Positions 12,827 to 25,459 of a stretch of DNA of 53,308 nt are shown here, in pieces. Position 1 is the stretch's first letter. Each line of letters begins with the position of its first letter. Source of the DNA: Prorocentrum cordatum. Taxonomy: Eukaryota. The translations under genes were made by a program, and so were the position numbers. The notes under the pieces are model-generated. The model was not told the origin of the DNA. It searched no databases and was given only the letters and a program-made list of their open reading frames with translations. The stretch is taken from the NCBI GenBank assembly GCA_963575745.1, contig CAUYUJ010000328.1, positions 62,001 through 115,308 on the forward strand, read 5' to 3'.

Positions 12827-14459
12827 AGGGCTCAGCCGCCTTGGCCATCGATGTCGTTCCCGCGAGGGTTGTGATCTTGGGGCGTTGGGGCCCGCAGGAC
12901 CTCAACCCGCGGAGCTTCCGAGTCGCGCCGTGCTGGCCTCCACTCGGGCGCTTCGCAGTAGGAGGGTGATGTATGGGGTGGGGGGGGGGGGCGATGGAGG
13001 GCTGCTGGACAAGGGCCCTAAAAGGCTCCCCAGGGTGCACGGAAAAGGTATAATTTTCTTTACCCACCCGCTTATTGCTCCCCCCCATTTGGTCGACTCC
13101 ATAAAACGAGTCCAATGGCGCCGACTTTGGCGCGCCAGCTCCCCCCCGCGTAAAGTCGCGCGTAAGCGCCCACGTCTCCAATGAGTATGCCGCGCCGGGG
13201 GCCCGCGAAAGTCACCGCGGAAGGTCGTCGTGTCATCTCAGGGGACATTTGTTTTTGATCGTTGCCCAGTTTGCAACGCCCGAGCCACTCTGGATAGGCA
13301 TGCTTCCTTTTCCAGCAGCGGGAGGTGCAGCGTAGCCGCTGCAGGTCGTTTTGCCATGCTGATGGCGGTGGCAAAGGCCGCTCTGCAGCGTGGCCGGAGT
13401 AAGGCTTCAGCTGCTGCTGCTGTCAACGTTTTGATGGATTGGCGCCAAATCAGCGGGGCAGTGCCCACGCGAGAGTCAAAGCAAGAGGGGTCTGAGCCAG
13501 TAGCAGGAATGTGATCGGGAAAGTTCCAAGTTGTGACTGGCCAGAGCGCGGAGATCCACGAGTTCCAGACTGCAGATCTACCCATTTTGATTTGAATTTC
13601 ATGCACGTCTTGCATTTGAATGTCCAACGAACTGTATGTATGCTCGTGCTTGTGACGCGTCGATTGTCAGATCCGAGGCTTTCTGTTGCGACTGTCCGAG
13701 CGAGAGGGGTCGAACAATCAGCCTCGTGCAGTTTTTCTCAGCGGTGAAGGCTATACCAACTACGGCGCTGCTGGATCATACGGCTTTGATTGCATCATTA
13801 TTTAACTTAGTATATGTTGCAGCTCCCTGTGGCCTCCTCGGTTTTCAATAACTTTCCTCTACGTAGCGCGGTTTCGTTGTCATGCCAGCGGCGCGGGGAG
13901 TTCGCAATCAGCAGAAGCATTGGGTCTTGGACGCAGTTTGATATGTATGATCAATTGTAGAGGGGCCTTGAAGCATCTTCGTCGTAAGGGCTTCGGTCCA
14001 GGGTGCACTTCGTTTGTCAGGCCTTCGGCTGGTCCTAGACAAGAGATGTGGCAATCAGCGGACGGCGCATTTGTCACATGCAATCGTATTGTCGCGAATC
14101 GTGGGGTCTACACCTGAATGTTTGACACGTGCGCAGTTGGCACGTGTTTCCGCACATGTAGGCCAGGGGGGTATCGAACATGCGTCTGGCACGTGTGCGT
14201 TTACGCATGATAAGTTGCCTTGGCGCGGTGCCGCGTCCAGCCCTGTATGAGTTTGGTCCTGGATCGCGGATGGCATCCAATCCTGTTTCCACAGCCTTCT
14301 CGCGATTACCGAAGACACCTGCGGCGAGTCACCGTCGCCCCCTGCAGTTTGGATGCGCCCGCCCGTCTGAAGAGAGCCCCCGAGCATCGCACGGTGACCC
14401 CCCCCTGGTTCACATGGGCTTGGAGTGCACTCGCATGTCCGCCACTGCGGCCCGTCTGA

Positions 14460-15245
14460 CGCCGTCGGAAGCCGTCCTTGGGGCCTCCTGGGCCGATTTG
14501 GGGCCCTCTTGTGGTGCTCCAGGCCGTCGTGGGGCCATCGTGGGCGTCTTGGAGGCCTCTTGGGCCATCTTGGGGATCCTTGGGGCCGTCTTGGCCTCTT
14601 GGGCCGTCCTGGGGCCATCTTGGAGGCATCCTGGGCGATCTTGGGGCGATTTTTGGCGGCTCTTGGGCCGTCTAGGGCCGTCGGAAGGCCGAAAAGACGC
14701 AAATGCCACAATCCTTCAAAAACCGATTGGAAATCAATGAGTTCGGCCTCTTCGGGGCCCTCTTAGCGTGCTCCAGGGCCGTCTTGGCGGCCATCTTGGC
14801 GTCTCGGAGGCCTCTTCAGCCGTCTTGGGGCCCTCTTGGGGCCGTCTTGGGTGCCTCTGTGGCCCTTTTGGGACCATCGGGGGGGCCCCCTGGGCGATCT
14901 TGGGGCACTCTTTGGGGGCTCTTGGGCCGTCTCGGGCCGTCGGAAGGCCGACAGGGAGCAAATGCCAAAGCCCTTCAACAACCGACGGAACATCTATGAT
15001 TTTGGCCTCTTCGGGCCTTCTTGGAGGCCTCTTGGGCCGTCTTGGAGGCCTCTTGTGGGCGTCTCGGAGCGTCTTGGGCCATCCTGCGGGCTTGGAGGTA
15101 TCTCTGCGGGCTGGCGGCAAGCCCGCGGCTTCTTCGGCGGGCTTGGAGGTATCTTGTTGGCCCCTCTTGGGACGTCTTGGACCTTCTTGGCGAACCTGGG
15201 AGCCATCTTGCCCTCTAGGAAGCCATCTTGAGCCGTCTTGGAGAT
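14460..15245. repeat. ~11-bp (CTTGGGGCCGT-like) minisatellite organised in ~240-260-bp higher-order units
   Basis: Spacer gccgtcggaaggccga...caaatgcc...ccttcaa...ggcctcttcggg repeated at about 14677 and 14936. Confidence 0.75.
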
Positions 15246-15484
15246 CCGTTTGCGCGCGTTGTGTTCGTTTCCGGCCCCTCCCAGGTGGCCAGCGGGACGG
15301 GCCGAACCCCCAGGGGAAAGTTGTTTTGGAAAATGAAACAAAACCAAAAACGGTAGCGTCTAGCACGCCGAGCACTCCTGTGACAAGCGCAGGGGGCGGC
15401 GGATCTGCGGGCCTTCGGCCCATCCCGCCCCCATGCTTGTCTCAGGGCCCTCTTGACTCGTCTTGGAGCGCCCTTGGCGCCGCA

Positions 15485-15826
15485 AAAGCCTTGGGCGGAG
15501 GTGCGCGCCCTTCCCCGCGGGCGCCTGCGAGGGAGGTGGCGCCCGCCCGTCGCGGGGCGAGCCCCTCCTCCTCCTCCTCCTCCTCCTCCTCCTCCTCCTC
15601 CTCCTGAGGGGCGGCCCCCGTGGCCTTGGGCGGAGGTGCGCGCCCGTCCCCGCGGACGCCTGCGAGGGAGGTTGCGCCCGACCGTCGCGGGGCGAGCCCC
15701 TCCTCCTCCTCCTGAGGGGCGGCCCCCGGGGCCTTGGGCGGAGGTGCGCGCCCGTCCCCGCGGGCGCCTGCGAGGGAGGTGGCGCGCGACCGTCGCGGGG
15801 CGAGCCCCTCCTCCTCCTCCTCCTCC
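15485..15826 (+). repeat. Three tandem copies of a ~105-130-bp unit ending in (CCT)n; fourth copy at 16650-16807
   Basis: ccttgggcggaggtgcgcgcccgtccccgcgggcgcctgcgagggaggtggcgc...gcggggcgagcccctcctcc. Confidence 0.9.
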
Positions 15827-15979
15827 ACAATTACTCAATATGAATGCTACTCTCCTCCTTCCCCTGATGACGGGTTGGGAGTGTTCGCCCCCCCCCCGCG
15901 TTTTTTTGTTATATATATATATATATATATATATAAAAACAGGATTCCCCGGAGTTGGGTTTTCGCCTGCATTTTTGTC

Positions 15980-16470
15980 AAAATGCTGCTCTCGCTGAGG
16001 CGCCGGCCTCATTTTCGGGCCCCGCTCGTTCCCAATCGTGCTCCCGCTGCAGCGCTGGCCTCATTTCCGTGCTTCCGCTCTTTCCGAATCGTGCTCCCGC
16101 TGCAGCGCTGGCCTCATTTCCGCGCTTCCGCTCGTTCCGAATCGTGCTCCCGCTGCAGCGCTGGCGTCATTTCCCGTGCCATGCCACGGCATGCAATGCA
16201 ATCTAGGTTGCGTTCCGCTGCGCGATGCCATGCCTTCAGCTGAAGCTGTGATATGCAGTGCTTAAGTGCCACGTCGTGCTATGCCATGCTACGCTTTGAT
16301 CTTCAACGCCATGCTATGCAATGTTATGTTCGGGGCCGCTGTGCGATGCCATGCTTTGCGTTGCAAAGCTTTGTGATGCAATCCTTCACTACGCCACGCC
16401 ACGCCATGCTGTGACATACTACGCTTTGCGGTGCTCTTCTACGCCATGCCATGCCGTGCTCTACAATGCA
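15980..16470 (+). repeat. ~54-bp tandem repeat (aatcgtgctcccgctgcagcgctggcctcatttcc) followed by degenerate (ATGCY)n
   Basis: Direct reading, 3-4 copies. Confidence 0.8.
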
Positions 16471-16807
16471 TCGCGTACCCTTTCGGGATCATTGCCCTGC
16501 TCGACATCCGACTGTGCGAGTAGAGAGGGGATCTACGCCATGGTAAGGAATGGGAGGGAGGGGTAGTATGTCAGATATGACGCGAGCGCACCTAGCTTGT
16601 CCACCTCCTCCTCCACCTCCTACTCCTACTCCTTCTCCTCCTCCTCCTCCTGAGGGGCGGCCCCCGTGGCCTTGGGCGGAGGTGCGCGCCCGTCCCCGCG
16701 GGCGCCTGCGAGGGAGGTGGCGCCCGACCGTCGCGGGGAGAGCCCCTCCTCCTCCTCCTCCTCCTCCTCCTCCTCCTCCTCCTCCTCCTCCTCCTCCTCC
16801 TCCTCCT

Positions 16808-17770
16808 GGAGTGCTCATAGGGGGCGTGGTCCTCTAGTGACAGAGGAGCCCTAAAAGGCGGCTCAGAGCTAGCCGAGAAGAGCGCGAGGTCCCACCGCAG
16901 CAGCAGAGGGTGAGCCAGGCCAGCACCGCCAACCTTCAACTCCACATCCATACACGCACCGTCCCACGCTAAACACCAAGCATGCACACCCACGTGGGCC
17001 TTCCCGCAATAGGGCCACTCCAGACGGGTCCTCGTTGTACTCGAACTGGGGTTACAGAGGCTGCACACCTGCCACGGCATGTCCCGCATGTCCAAAATGG
17101 CGAACACCAAAAGACAGGATCGAGCATCTTGCCAACCGAGATACCTTGAGGAACGCGAAGGAGACGGTACCACCTGGGGTAGAACACGAAGGTGAGCAAA
17201 AAGAAGACGTAGGAGAAGAAGTCGGCGCGCCACCGACCATGACTCCCCACGTGCTTGCAGAACTCGGCCAGCACTACCACGCTATCGGTGCCGTACCCGT
17301 TGCCCTCTGCGTCCTGGCCGCTGTTCGCCTCCCTGCTACCAAACAAAATGATATTGTTGGAGACGTCGCAGACGGTCAGCAGGCACCCGTGTCCGAGCTC
17401 TTGAATTCCACTCCTGAGGCTGGTGCCCAGGTTGTTCGCGATCACGTCGAAGCTGAACTTCCCGCCGATGCAGCCCAGCTTCTGGACGGCCGCCACGGAC
17501 TTGTCCGCGCACCGGTGGTACCGAGGAGGCCCATCGGAGGTTAGGGGGGGAAGGCGGCCCAGGGGCACTGCTACAGTAGCGGATTTGTCGCCGCGCGCCA
17601 CCGCTAACGGCGTGCCCTCTTCCCACCCCGCGGCCCCACCACCACCTGAGGCGGCGAGGCCTCCGCCGCGCCCCGAAGAGGAGGCCCACGCGCGCGTGGC
17701 GGACGCACGCGTTCGAGCCCAGGCTGCGGCGGCTCTCGCCCCCATTAGAGCCAATCGGTTCTAAAGAGGG
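16808..17770 (-). pseudogene. Putative retroposed, decayed SL-capped cDNA of unknown product
   Basis: Begins immediately after a full DinoSL; the minus ORF (16969-17754) has a GC3-rich central part (YHRCADKSVAAVQKLGCIGGKFSFDVIANNLG); flanked on both sides by (CCT)n; no poly(A) visible. Confidence 0.5.
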
Positions 17771-17792
17771 CTTGAGCCAAAATGGCTACGGT
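17771..17792 (-). other. Full-length dinoflagellate spliced leader (DinoSL) sequence
   Basis: Minus strand ACCGTAGCCATTTTGGCTCAAG, an exact match to the DCCGTAGCCATTTTGGCTCAAG consensus; not followed by the GT intron of an SL-RNA gene. Confidence 0.95.
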
Positions 17793-19614
17793 CCTCCTCC
17801 TCCTCCTCCTCCTCCTCCTCCTCCTCCTCCTCCTCCTCCTCCTCCTCCTCCTCCTCCCCCTCTCCCCCTCCCCCTCCTCCACCGCCTCCCCCTCCTCCTC
17901 CTCCAGAAGCACCTTCGAAGGTACTCGCGGATCTCTCGGATCGGCGTTGGACCCAGGGCGAATCCTGGGGATCCACGGATGTATGCTGTACTCAGGCCGT
18001 TGGCCAGGACCCGGTGCGACCATGGAGCGGTGTTGGCGAGAGTCCCTCGCCAAAGCTCGTCCTCGGACGCGCACGCTCGGTCGTGGTGGCGCTGCGGCGA
18101 GTGTTGGTGCGCTCTCGAATGTGCGAGGTGGGGATCTATACGTGCCCACCGCCTGAGGAACCGACGTCCCGGGAGGCCAGCGGGCGGTGGATATGGACGC
18201 ACTCTGGTTCCGGGAGGGCCGAATGCGTTTTTCCACATCCCCCGCTGGCCGAGGTCCCAGAAGACCGATCCCCTGGGCAGCGGCTGCGCACAGAGAGATT
18301 CCCGCCTCGGAGCATCGGGGTCCGAGCAGATGGGGTCGGAGGATCGCGCCGCATCGCCAGTGCGTCGGCGATGCAGCGCGATGTGGAGGCCGATGCTCCC
18401 CACGCCGACGTCGCCAGCGCCCTCTGCACTCCGCTCGTCCCCTCGCGGGTGCCTGCGGCAGCGATGGCGCCCGACTGTCGCGGGCGAGCCTTAGGGACGG
18501 GAGCATGGCCTCGGGACGGTGTTCGCCACCGCCACCGCTCGCAGCACAGTTCATGGGCTGACCATCCAGGAAAAAAAAGGTGCGTTTGCATAGTCATAAG
18601 CTTTCGGACCTTTCGGACCTCCGTGTGAGTTTTGCTCGGATCGGCGCAGAGCTCCGAAAGTTCATGTGTGTGTGCCTTTTTTCTTTCCCCAGGCAACCAG
18701 CACACATACCTGTGCCACCCTCTGGTTTATCAGGGTGGGATTCCGGTGTGGGTGGGCTATGGGTGCGTGTGTGTGTGTTGTCGGATGGGGTTCCCTGTTC
18801 GAACGGGAACCCCCTTCGGGGTCCGTCAACTCGCACCCATACCCAACGCATTCATCGCCTTCCCCTCCCCATTCATCTTCCTTGTAGGTCAGAGTGTGCG
18901 TTGCTCGTTTGCCAATAGAGGACATATCTCAGGTTAGGTTTACGAGCGTAAGACGTTCAACACGTCATGTAGCCACGGTGCGGACGAAGGCCCGCAAACC
19001 CTCTCTTGTGTACATCCCATGCGGCTCCCACCGAGCCCCCCACCTAACAAAATCGCGGACGCGACTGTATGGAAGAATCCGCGCCACGTCGGCAAGCCGC
19101 GACCGCTCAGGGCTGAACGTCCGGCGCGATGACAGATCGGCGTCACTCCAACATACATGAATTATGTGTGTGCGTCGCCCCCCGCAGGGGCGACTCGCGC
19201 ATCGAGAAGTCGTAAAGTATGCCCTCCGTGGCGGGTGCTTTCCGGCCATGCCGCTCGGGAAACGACACACCACGAGATGGTCATACTCGATACTCGGGTC
19301 GGACGCACGCCTCCGAGGAGGACGTGCCGTACTACAGTCAATGCGCCTACAGTGCCGTTTTTTAATATATACATGCTCCGCGTGCGGATCGTGTATATAA
19401 AATGCATGGATTCAGTATTAAAAACAACGATGCGTTCCTGCGTAAATTCATTCATACATTAATCATGTATCAAAAATCCTATATACTTAAAAATCCTATG
19501 TGTAAAAAACTGCCCTGTAGTGAGGGCGCGCGCCTGCATCTAGGGGGGCCCTCCTGCGGCCCTTCATTGTGCCGCCGCACAACATGATCCCAGCTTCGGC
19601 CTCCAGGGGTCCTG

Positions 19615-19768
19615 TAGGGGGCCACATGCGAACCCTACCCCTACCCCCCACGATTTCTGAGGGGGAGGGTGGGGTTCACTTCGCTCAGAAGCTCCCGAGC
19701 GAAGTGAACCCCACCCTCCCCCTCAGAAATCGTGGGGGGTAGGGGTAGGGTTCGCATGTGGCCCCCTA
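19615..19768. mobile_element. Near-perfect hairpin MITE (TAGGGGGCC...GGCCCCCTA)
   Basis: ~72-bp arms, short loop; flanks tcctg/tcccg (4/5 TSD), or alternatively a TA TSD. Confidence 0.8.
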
Positions 19769-20262
19769 TCCCGCGCCCCGACCACCCGTCCTCGATACAC
19801 GCCCTGCCTGTGCCCTGCCCCTGCGCGCCCCAACGGAGACCAGCGAAGACGCCACGCGCCGGCGTGGACCTGCGGGACCTGCCTGCGCCGCTCGGCGGCC
19901 CGGCCCGGGGGGCGGGGGGGGGGGGGGCCGGGCCGAGGGGGCCGTCCTCCTCGGAAGGGCGGGCGCGGCCTCTCGGAGGCCCCCGCGCCTTCCCCGAGAA
20001 GCCGCCTGCGGCGTCGGGGCAGGCGCACGGCGGCGGGCCCCTGCGGCGTCGGCGCGCCGGCGGCGCCAGCGGAGGCGTTCGCGGCGGGATCTCCGCAGGA
20101 TCGCACGGCGGCGCGCCGAAGCACCGATCGGGGCACGGTGACGCCACCCGGGCCCGACGCAGCTCGGCCTGGAACGACCGGGGCCGCGATGGGCTCCAGG
20201 CTGGAAGATCGACGCGGCGTCCAGAACCTGTGCGCGCGCCGAGGCCGCACGATCCAACCGCA

Positions 20263-20778
20263 CAGTCGGGGCGTTGACCTAAGGAACCCTAAGTAAGGAA
20301 CGAGGCCCCTTTTTCTCACAAGTCAAACTTCGATGTCCCAAGGAAAACCTCAGGACGACCTGAGGCAAACTGTGAAACAATCAAGGAACACCGAGCCCCT
20401 CCCCAACGAGAGGGGTTCATTCTTCAGCGCCCCGACTGTAAGGCTTCTCGCAAGGCGGGAGGGCTTCTGAGGCACCGCCGCCTCCTCACAGGGCCGGCCC
20501 CGTGCGCCTTCCCTCCTCTGGGCGCGCCGGCCGGCACCGAGCCGGCTGCTCCAGAGAAGGGGGCATCTCTCGGGGGATCCAGCCCCGCGGGGCTGATCGA
20601 ACGCACCCCTACAGTCAAGACGCTGAAACAAGGAACAGTTTGGGTTCGGAAGGGGCTCGTTGTTCCTTGGGCTCCTCCAGTGCTGTTCCTCGTGCCCTCC
20701 TGGGGCACGGAGGTGCTTACAGGGCCAAGAAGGGGCTTCGTTCCTTATTTAACGTTCCTTCTTTCTTCAGCCCGACTG
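20263..20778. mobile_element. Tc1/mariner-like MITE(s) with CAGTCGGG...CCCGACTG termini
   Basis: Inverted aaggaac...taaggaacgaggcccctt / aaggggcttcgttccttattt...ttcctt; TA on the right flank; internal cgactgta (20433-20440) and tacagtc (20610). Confidence 0.5.
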
Positions 20779-21537
20779 TATGTCAGGCGATCGCAAGCAT
20801 GGACTAAAGGGGGCGTGGATTGGCGGCGGGTCCCACTTCCATGGGGAATCGCGATTTCCGCCGCCGCACGAGGCGGCACCGGCCGCAGTTTGTGGAGGGC
20901 ATCCCCCCAAATCCCACGGATTCGGCGACCGCGCGCCAGATCCATGGATCGGCAAGCCATGCCTGCGCGCCCCCGACGATCGAGGATGGGCGCCCCCCTT
21001 CGTGCATTCCCGAGCGCGGCCCCGCTTGCTTGGTGCAGTCGGAAGCAGCGGCGAGGACTCGGGTCGCCATGCCTCCCCCGCCTGTGCCAGCTGCTCCAGC
21101 GCGCGCTGCCGCGCCCGCGCTCCTCTCGGCTAGCCCGAGGCCACCTGCGCCCAGAGGTGTGGAGGAGGAGGAGGAGAGAGGAGGAGGAGGAGGAGGAGGA
21201 GGAGAGGAGCAGGAGGAGGAGGGAGGAGGAGGAGGAGGAGGGTCAGGAGGAGGAGGAGGAGGAGAGGAGGAGGGGAGGAGGAGGAAGGAGGGGGGGGAGG
21301 AGGAGGAGGAGGGCCGGGAGGAAAAGGAGGAGGAGGAGGAGGAGGAGGAGGAGGAGGAGGCGTGCGCACGGCGCGTGGCCAAAGTCTGGCCGCCGGCTGC
21401 TGCTCTTCCTCCTTCACGTCTTGCCGCGTCCCGTCGTGCCGCGGGCGTCCGCCGTCGCGTCGCCTCGCGCGGCCGCTGTGCGTACGTATAGACATACATA
21501 ACTATATATATATATGTATATATATATATACACATAT

Positions 21538-21610
<73 letters not shown>

Positions 21611-21758
21611 CGTAGCCCCCCGCAGTTGCGGATAGTGAGGGGGCGGCGGGGACGTCGGCAGTCGGCGAGGCTTGGAAGAAGCTCGCCGCGGGCGGTACAT
21701 TTTTCAAGCTGTACAACGAGCCCGCCGCAGGCGCCGATTTTTTGTTAAAACAATGCAG

Positions 21759-21995
21759 GTGGGTCGCGGGTTGGGTCGTTTGTGGGTCGCGGGTGGGTCG
21801 ACGGTGGGTCGCGGGTGGGTCGCGGGCCGGGTCGCGGGTGGGTCGCGGGTGGGTGGAGGGTGGGTCGCGGGTGGGTGGCGGGTGGGTCGCGATCGGGTCG
21901 CGGGGTGGGTCGCGGGTGGGTCGCGGTTGGGTCGCGGTTGGGTCGCGGGGTGGGTCGCCAGTGGGTCGCGAGGTGGGTCGCGGGCTGGGTCGCGG
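21759..21995 (+). repeat. G-rich (GGGTCGC/GGGT)n minisatellite
   Basis: Direct reading; regular GGG runs. Confidence 0.9.
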
Positions 21996-22096
21996 AGGGG
22001 ACGATGACAACAATGACAAGCAGAATCCTCACCACGGATCCGCAATTCACCCACACACCCAGGGTCAATGAATGACCGTACGGCCCCGTTATTCTG

Positions 22097-22130
<34 letters not shown>

Positions 22131-22160
22131 GTACTTATATCTGTACTTATATATTATCTC

Positions 22161-22204
<44 letters not shown>

Positions 22205-25200
22205 AGTGGCCTCCGGCCAGTGCCGCCGATCAGGGACGCTTCTGTAGCTGCCGGAAGCGTACGATGGCGGTCATGATCAGCGACGACGGCGGTCGGTCAC
22301 GCATCGATGCGCATTAAAATATTTGTATGTACACATCTCCGTCGGCTTGTTCATGCCAGTATATATGTAAATACAGATGTATACGCGGAGGTCTAGCTGT
22401 GTGTATAGATGTGCGCTCGAAGACACTGAGGCTGAAGTTGGTTCAGTCTTGTTTGCATTTCTGCGGGGATGCGCCACGTCGACCTGCTCATGGTTTGAGA
22501 ACGAAAGCTGGTATACGCGTGTGATGCGCGCCGAAGAACCATGCCATTGTCAGTTCCCCTTGGGGCACTCCACTTGACCGTTGTAATGGAGACTGGTTGT
22601 GCCTGCTTGACGGAGGCACCAACAAGTACAGTATTGTTCCACACGCATCCATCGATGCTAATGCGAACCTGAATTGCCGGCGTCTCCGAGCATGGGGAAC
22701 TTGCAATGTCGATGGGAGACGATTGGGATATCTTCTTTTTTTTTCACGTGTTGATGCCAACTGTTTCTTGGTGTCGTGTAACTTCGAGCTCGCTGGCTTG
22801 AGTATGAGCGCTGTGAGGTCAGTATTGTATGCCGTGCGACGTCCAATGCGCAGCCGGTGTGTCGAAACGGGCAACGCAATGTTTTTCTATGGTCCACCAC
22901 ATGCGCGGATATAGTAGAACAGGTTCGCATATACGATAACATGAAATGCGACCGAGAGTGGCGACGCTCACCGGCTGCCGTGCATCGAGTTGATAGGCGG
23001 AGGAGGATGAGGAGGAGGAGGCCTGTGGTCCCTGCAGGCTCGGCGGTACTCTCCCGCAGCGGTGATTGCGAGGTGTGGTGGGCCTGCGCCAGCATACACG
23101 CACTTGGTTGTTCGACGGCGCGCCGGTGCTTTCAGGCAAGCCTTGGCGCTCTTCAGTTTACAGTGCCACTCACGGCACCTCCAACTTCAGAGGAGGAAGA
23201 GGTACCCTTACCGGAACCCGTCCTTCGTTTTCCCGTTTTTGGGCCTCCTGGGCGGCCCCCGTTGCCATCGAAATCCTGGTCTGAACGCACCCCGGGAGTG
23301 GTCCAAGGGACACCGGTATCGGCACCTGTTGGTTGCGGCTTGGGGGTCAATTTAAAACGAGGGCATGCGTTCCAATTTTTGGGGGAACCTTTCAAAGGGC
23401 TGCCAGATGTGCAAATTGCAGTCTGTTCTCGGAGGCATGCGAAGACTTCGCTTGCCCACTGCAGCCAGTCCGGCGAATGACTTGACCCCCCAGATCTAAC
23501 ACGCCAAGATCCATCAGCAAGCTCGCAGTTCGCACGGTTGCTTTTCTTCGTTTTGCCAGCAGGGCAGGTGCTCCTTTCCAGTGTCGATTGGTGCTCTGCA
23601 TACGTGGGGCTACCTCCAGGTGACACGAGGCCCGCAGGCGCTCAGTGTGGAAAAGATAGGTTCTCGTGGTGGCGGCAGCGGTTGTGGACGGCTTCATGCC
23701 AGTGTTTGGTTTGCACCCTGGGCGTTCCAATGGTCCATAGTGCAAGCGGCCCTTGGGTTGGGGGGGCACGCGGCCGTCTGGGGGAGAATGGAGGCTTGCG
23801 ATTCGAAGCGCGTTTTTGAACGCTTCTCGGGCGAGCTCCGACATTTGGAATCGAGGGCGGAAGTTTTTTGACACTGTGCCAGCTTGGGCTTCGCCGCTGG
23901 CGGCCCCGCGGGCGCGCGCGCGGCAGGCAATCGAAAACCGTCGATCGGTGGGGCATGTTGAGATTCTTGCGCACGACATTCGCGGGGCTGCTGTTCACAG
24001 CTTCGATAGGTGTTCTTCTGTATCCCACGGTTCCTGGCTCCTCTCGGAGAAGGTCTTCGCTTCTCCCACCCAGGGCTACCATCCCCAGCCGAAGGTGTCT
24101 CGGACACGACCCGGACCAGGATAAATCAGGTCCAAAGCGTCCCAGAACGCTTTCGGAGCGTTCCGCGACGCTCTGAGAAGGCCACGGCGCCCGACACATC
24201 CTCCCAAACCGCCGGATCTCAGAAATTCTCGATTTCCCCACCCCCGAATTTATCCCCGTCTTGGCTTCGTGTTGCATCCTCAGTCGAGGGTGTTTTTCTA
24301 TTGTTTGTCGGTCAGGAATGCTGGGCCAGCTCCCAGGGACAGGGGCGGGAAGGGAACCGGGAAAACAGGGCGCGGACGTAGTCGGGGCGCGGACATAGTC
24401 GGGAGCCTTGAGACAGGGGTCAATGCAAACGGGGGTCAGCCAGAGCGCCCGATCTTGCAGGATCCTGCAGGGCCAGGGTCGCATTGACCTGTTCGTGGGT
24501 GCAGGATCCTGCAGGATCTTGCGTGATCCTTCGCACTGACCCGGGCTTGGGTGCAGGATCTTGCAGGATTGCGCAGGACTGATTCTGCAGGGCCTCACTG
24601 ACCTGGGTCTGGATTGACCCCGGGTCAGACGATCCCCGACGTAGGATTGACGACGGCGGCGCGCACGCACCCAAGGGGCAAACCTTACGTAGGTCTCGTA
24701 AGACCCACCGTCGGCGCTGACCTTGGGTATAGGGTTCGTGTTCTGAGTGGGATCCTCCGCCTCGCTCGCCCTCCTCCTCCTTCCGCCTCCTCCTTTCTTC
24801 AGCCGAATTCCGACCCAAATCATTCATACCCAGTCTCTCTCGCTGAAACTCAGCCAGATTCGTCCCACACTGAGGCACGCTCAAATCCAGACCCAGACTC
24901 ACACACATTCTGGCTCACACCACAGATCGCTCATTCAGACTCGCCCATCTCTGACTCACTCAGCTCATTCTTGGTCGCATTCATACCCCTTCAAACTCAG
25001 ACTCATTCGCATTGTGATCCATTCAGGTTCAGACTCAACATCGCACGCTCAAGTGCATTCAAACTCAGAATCGCACGCTCAGACTCACCAGTGCGCACCA
25101 GCGATGCAGTAGGCATGGCACCTAGGCCACAGGGGCGTTCACAGGCCCGTGCGCGCGCGGATTGCCGGAGCCTCCTGGGCGAGACACGCTCCTCTTGGGC

Positions 25201-25297
25201 TGCGGGCGTGCCTTGTTTCGTTGCCCCGTTGTCGTGCAGCGGTGCAGCAGGCAGGGCGTCCTGGCTTCCCAGGGAGGTTGCCGACCAGGGGTGCTCC

Positions 25298-25459
25298 ACC
25301 CACCAGGCCACCCCAACCCAACCCGAAGGCCTCAAATTGACATCCATTTCCAGTGGGGGGGGGGTCGGGGAACAGCGATAAGACACATGTGGAACCCGTC
25401 CCCCTCCCCCCAACCCGAAATTCGGGTCTTCGGGTTGGGTTGGTGTGGTCTGGTAGGTA
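25298..25459. mobile_element. MITE-like inverted repeat (acccaccaggccaccccaacccaacccgaagg / tcttcgggttgggttggtgtggtctggtaggt)
   Basis: Imperfect TIRs; caggggtgctcca occurs on both sides. Confidence 0.5.

Noticed and set aside
13200..14260. Possible decayed LINE or gene fragment
   Set aside because: Unique-looking sequence but only short ORFs and no motif I can identify; needs BLASTX
17035..17544. Plus-strand ORF with CPAC...IEH resembling a LINE C-terminal zinc knuckle
   Set aside because: The final Cys is missing and codon bias favours the minus, SL-sense strand
17771..17792. SL RNA gene
   Set aside because: The SL is followed by CCCTC, not by the GT donor and short intron expected of an SL-RNA gene
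22270..23500. Possible decayed retroelement fragment
   Set aside because: Fragmented frames with no recognisable RT or endonuclease motif
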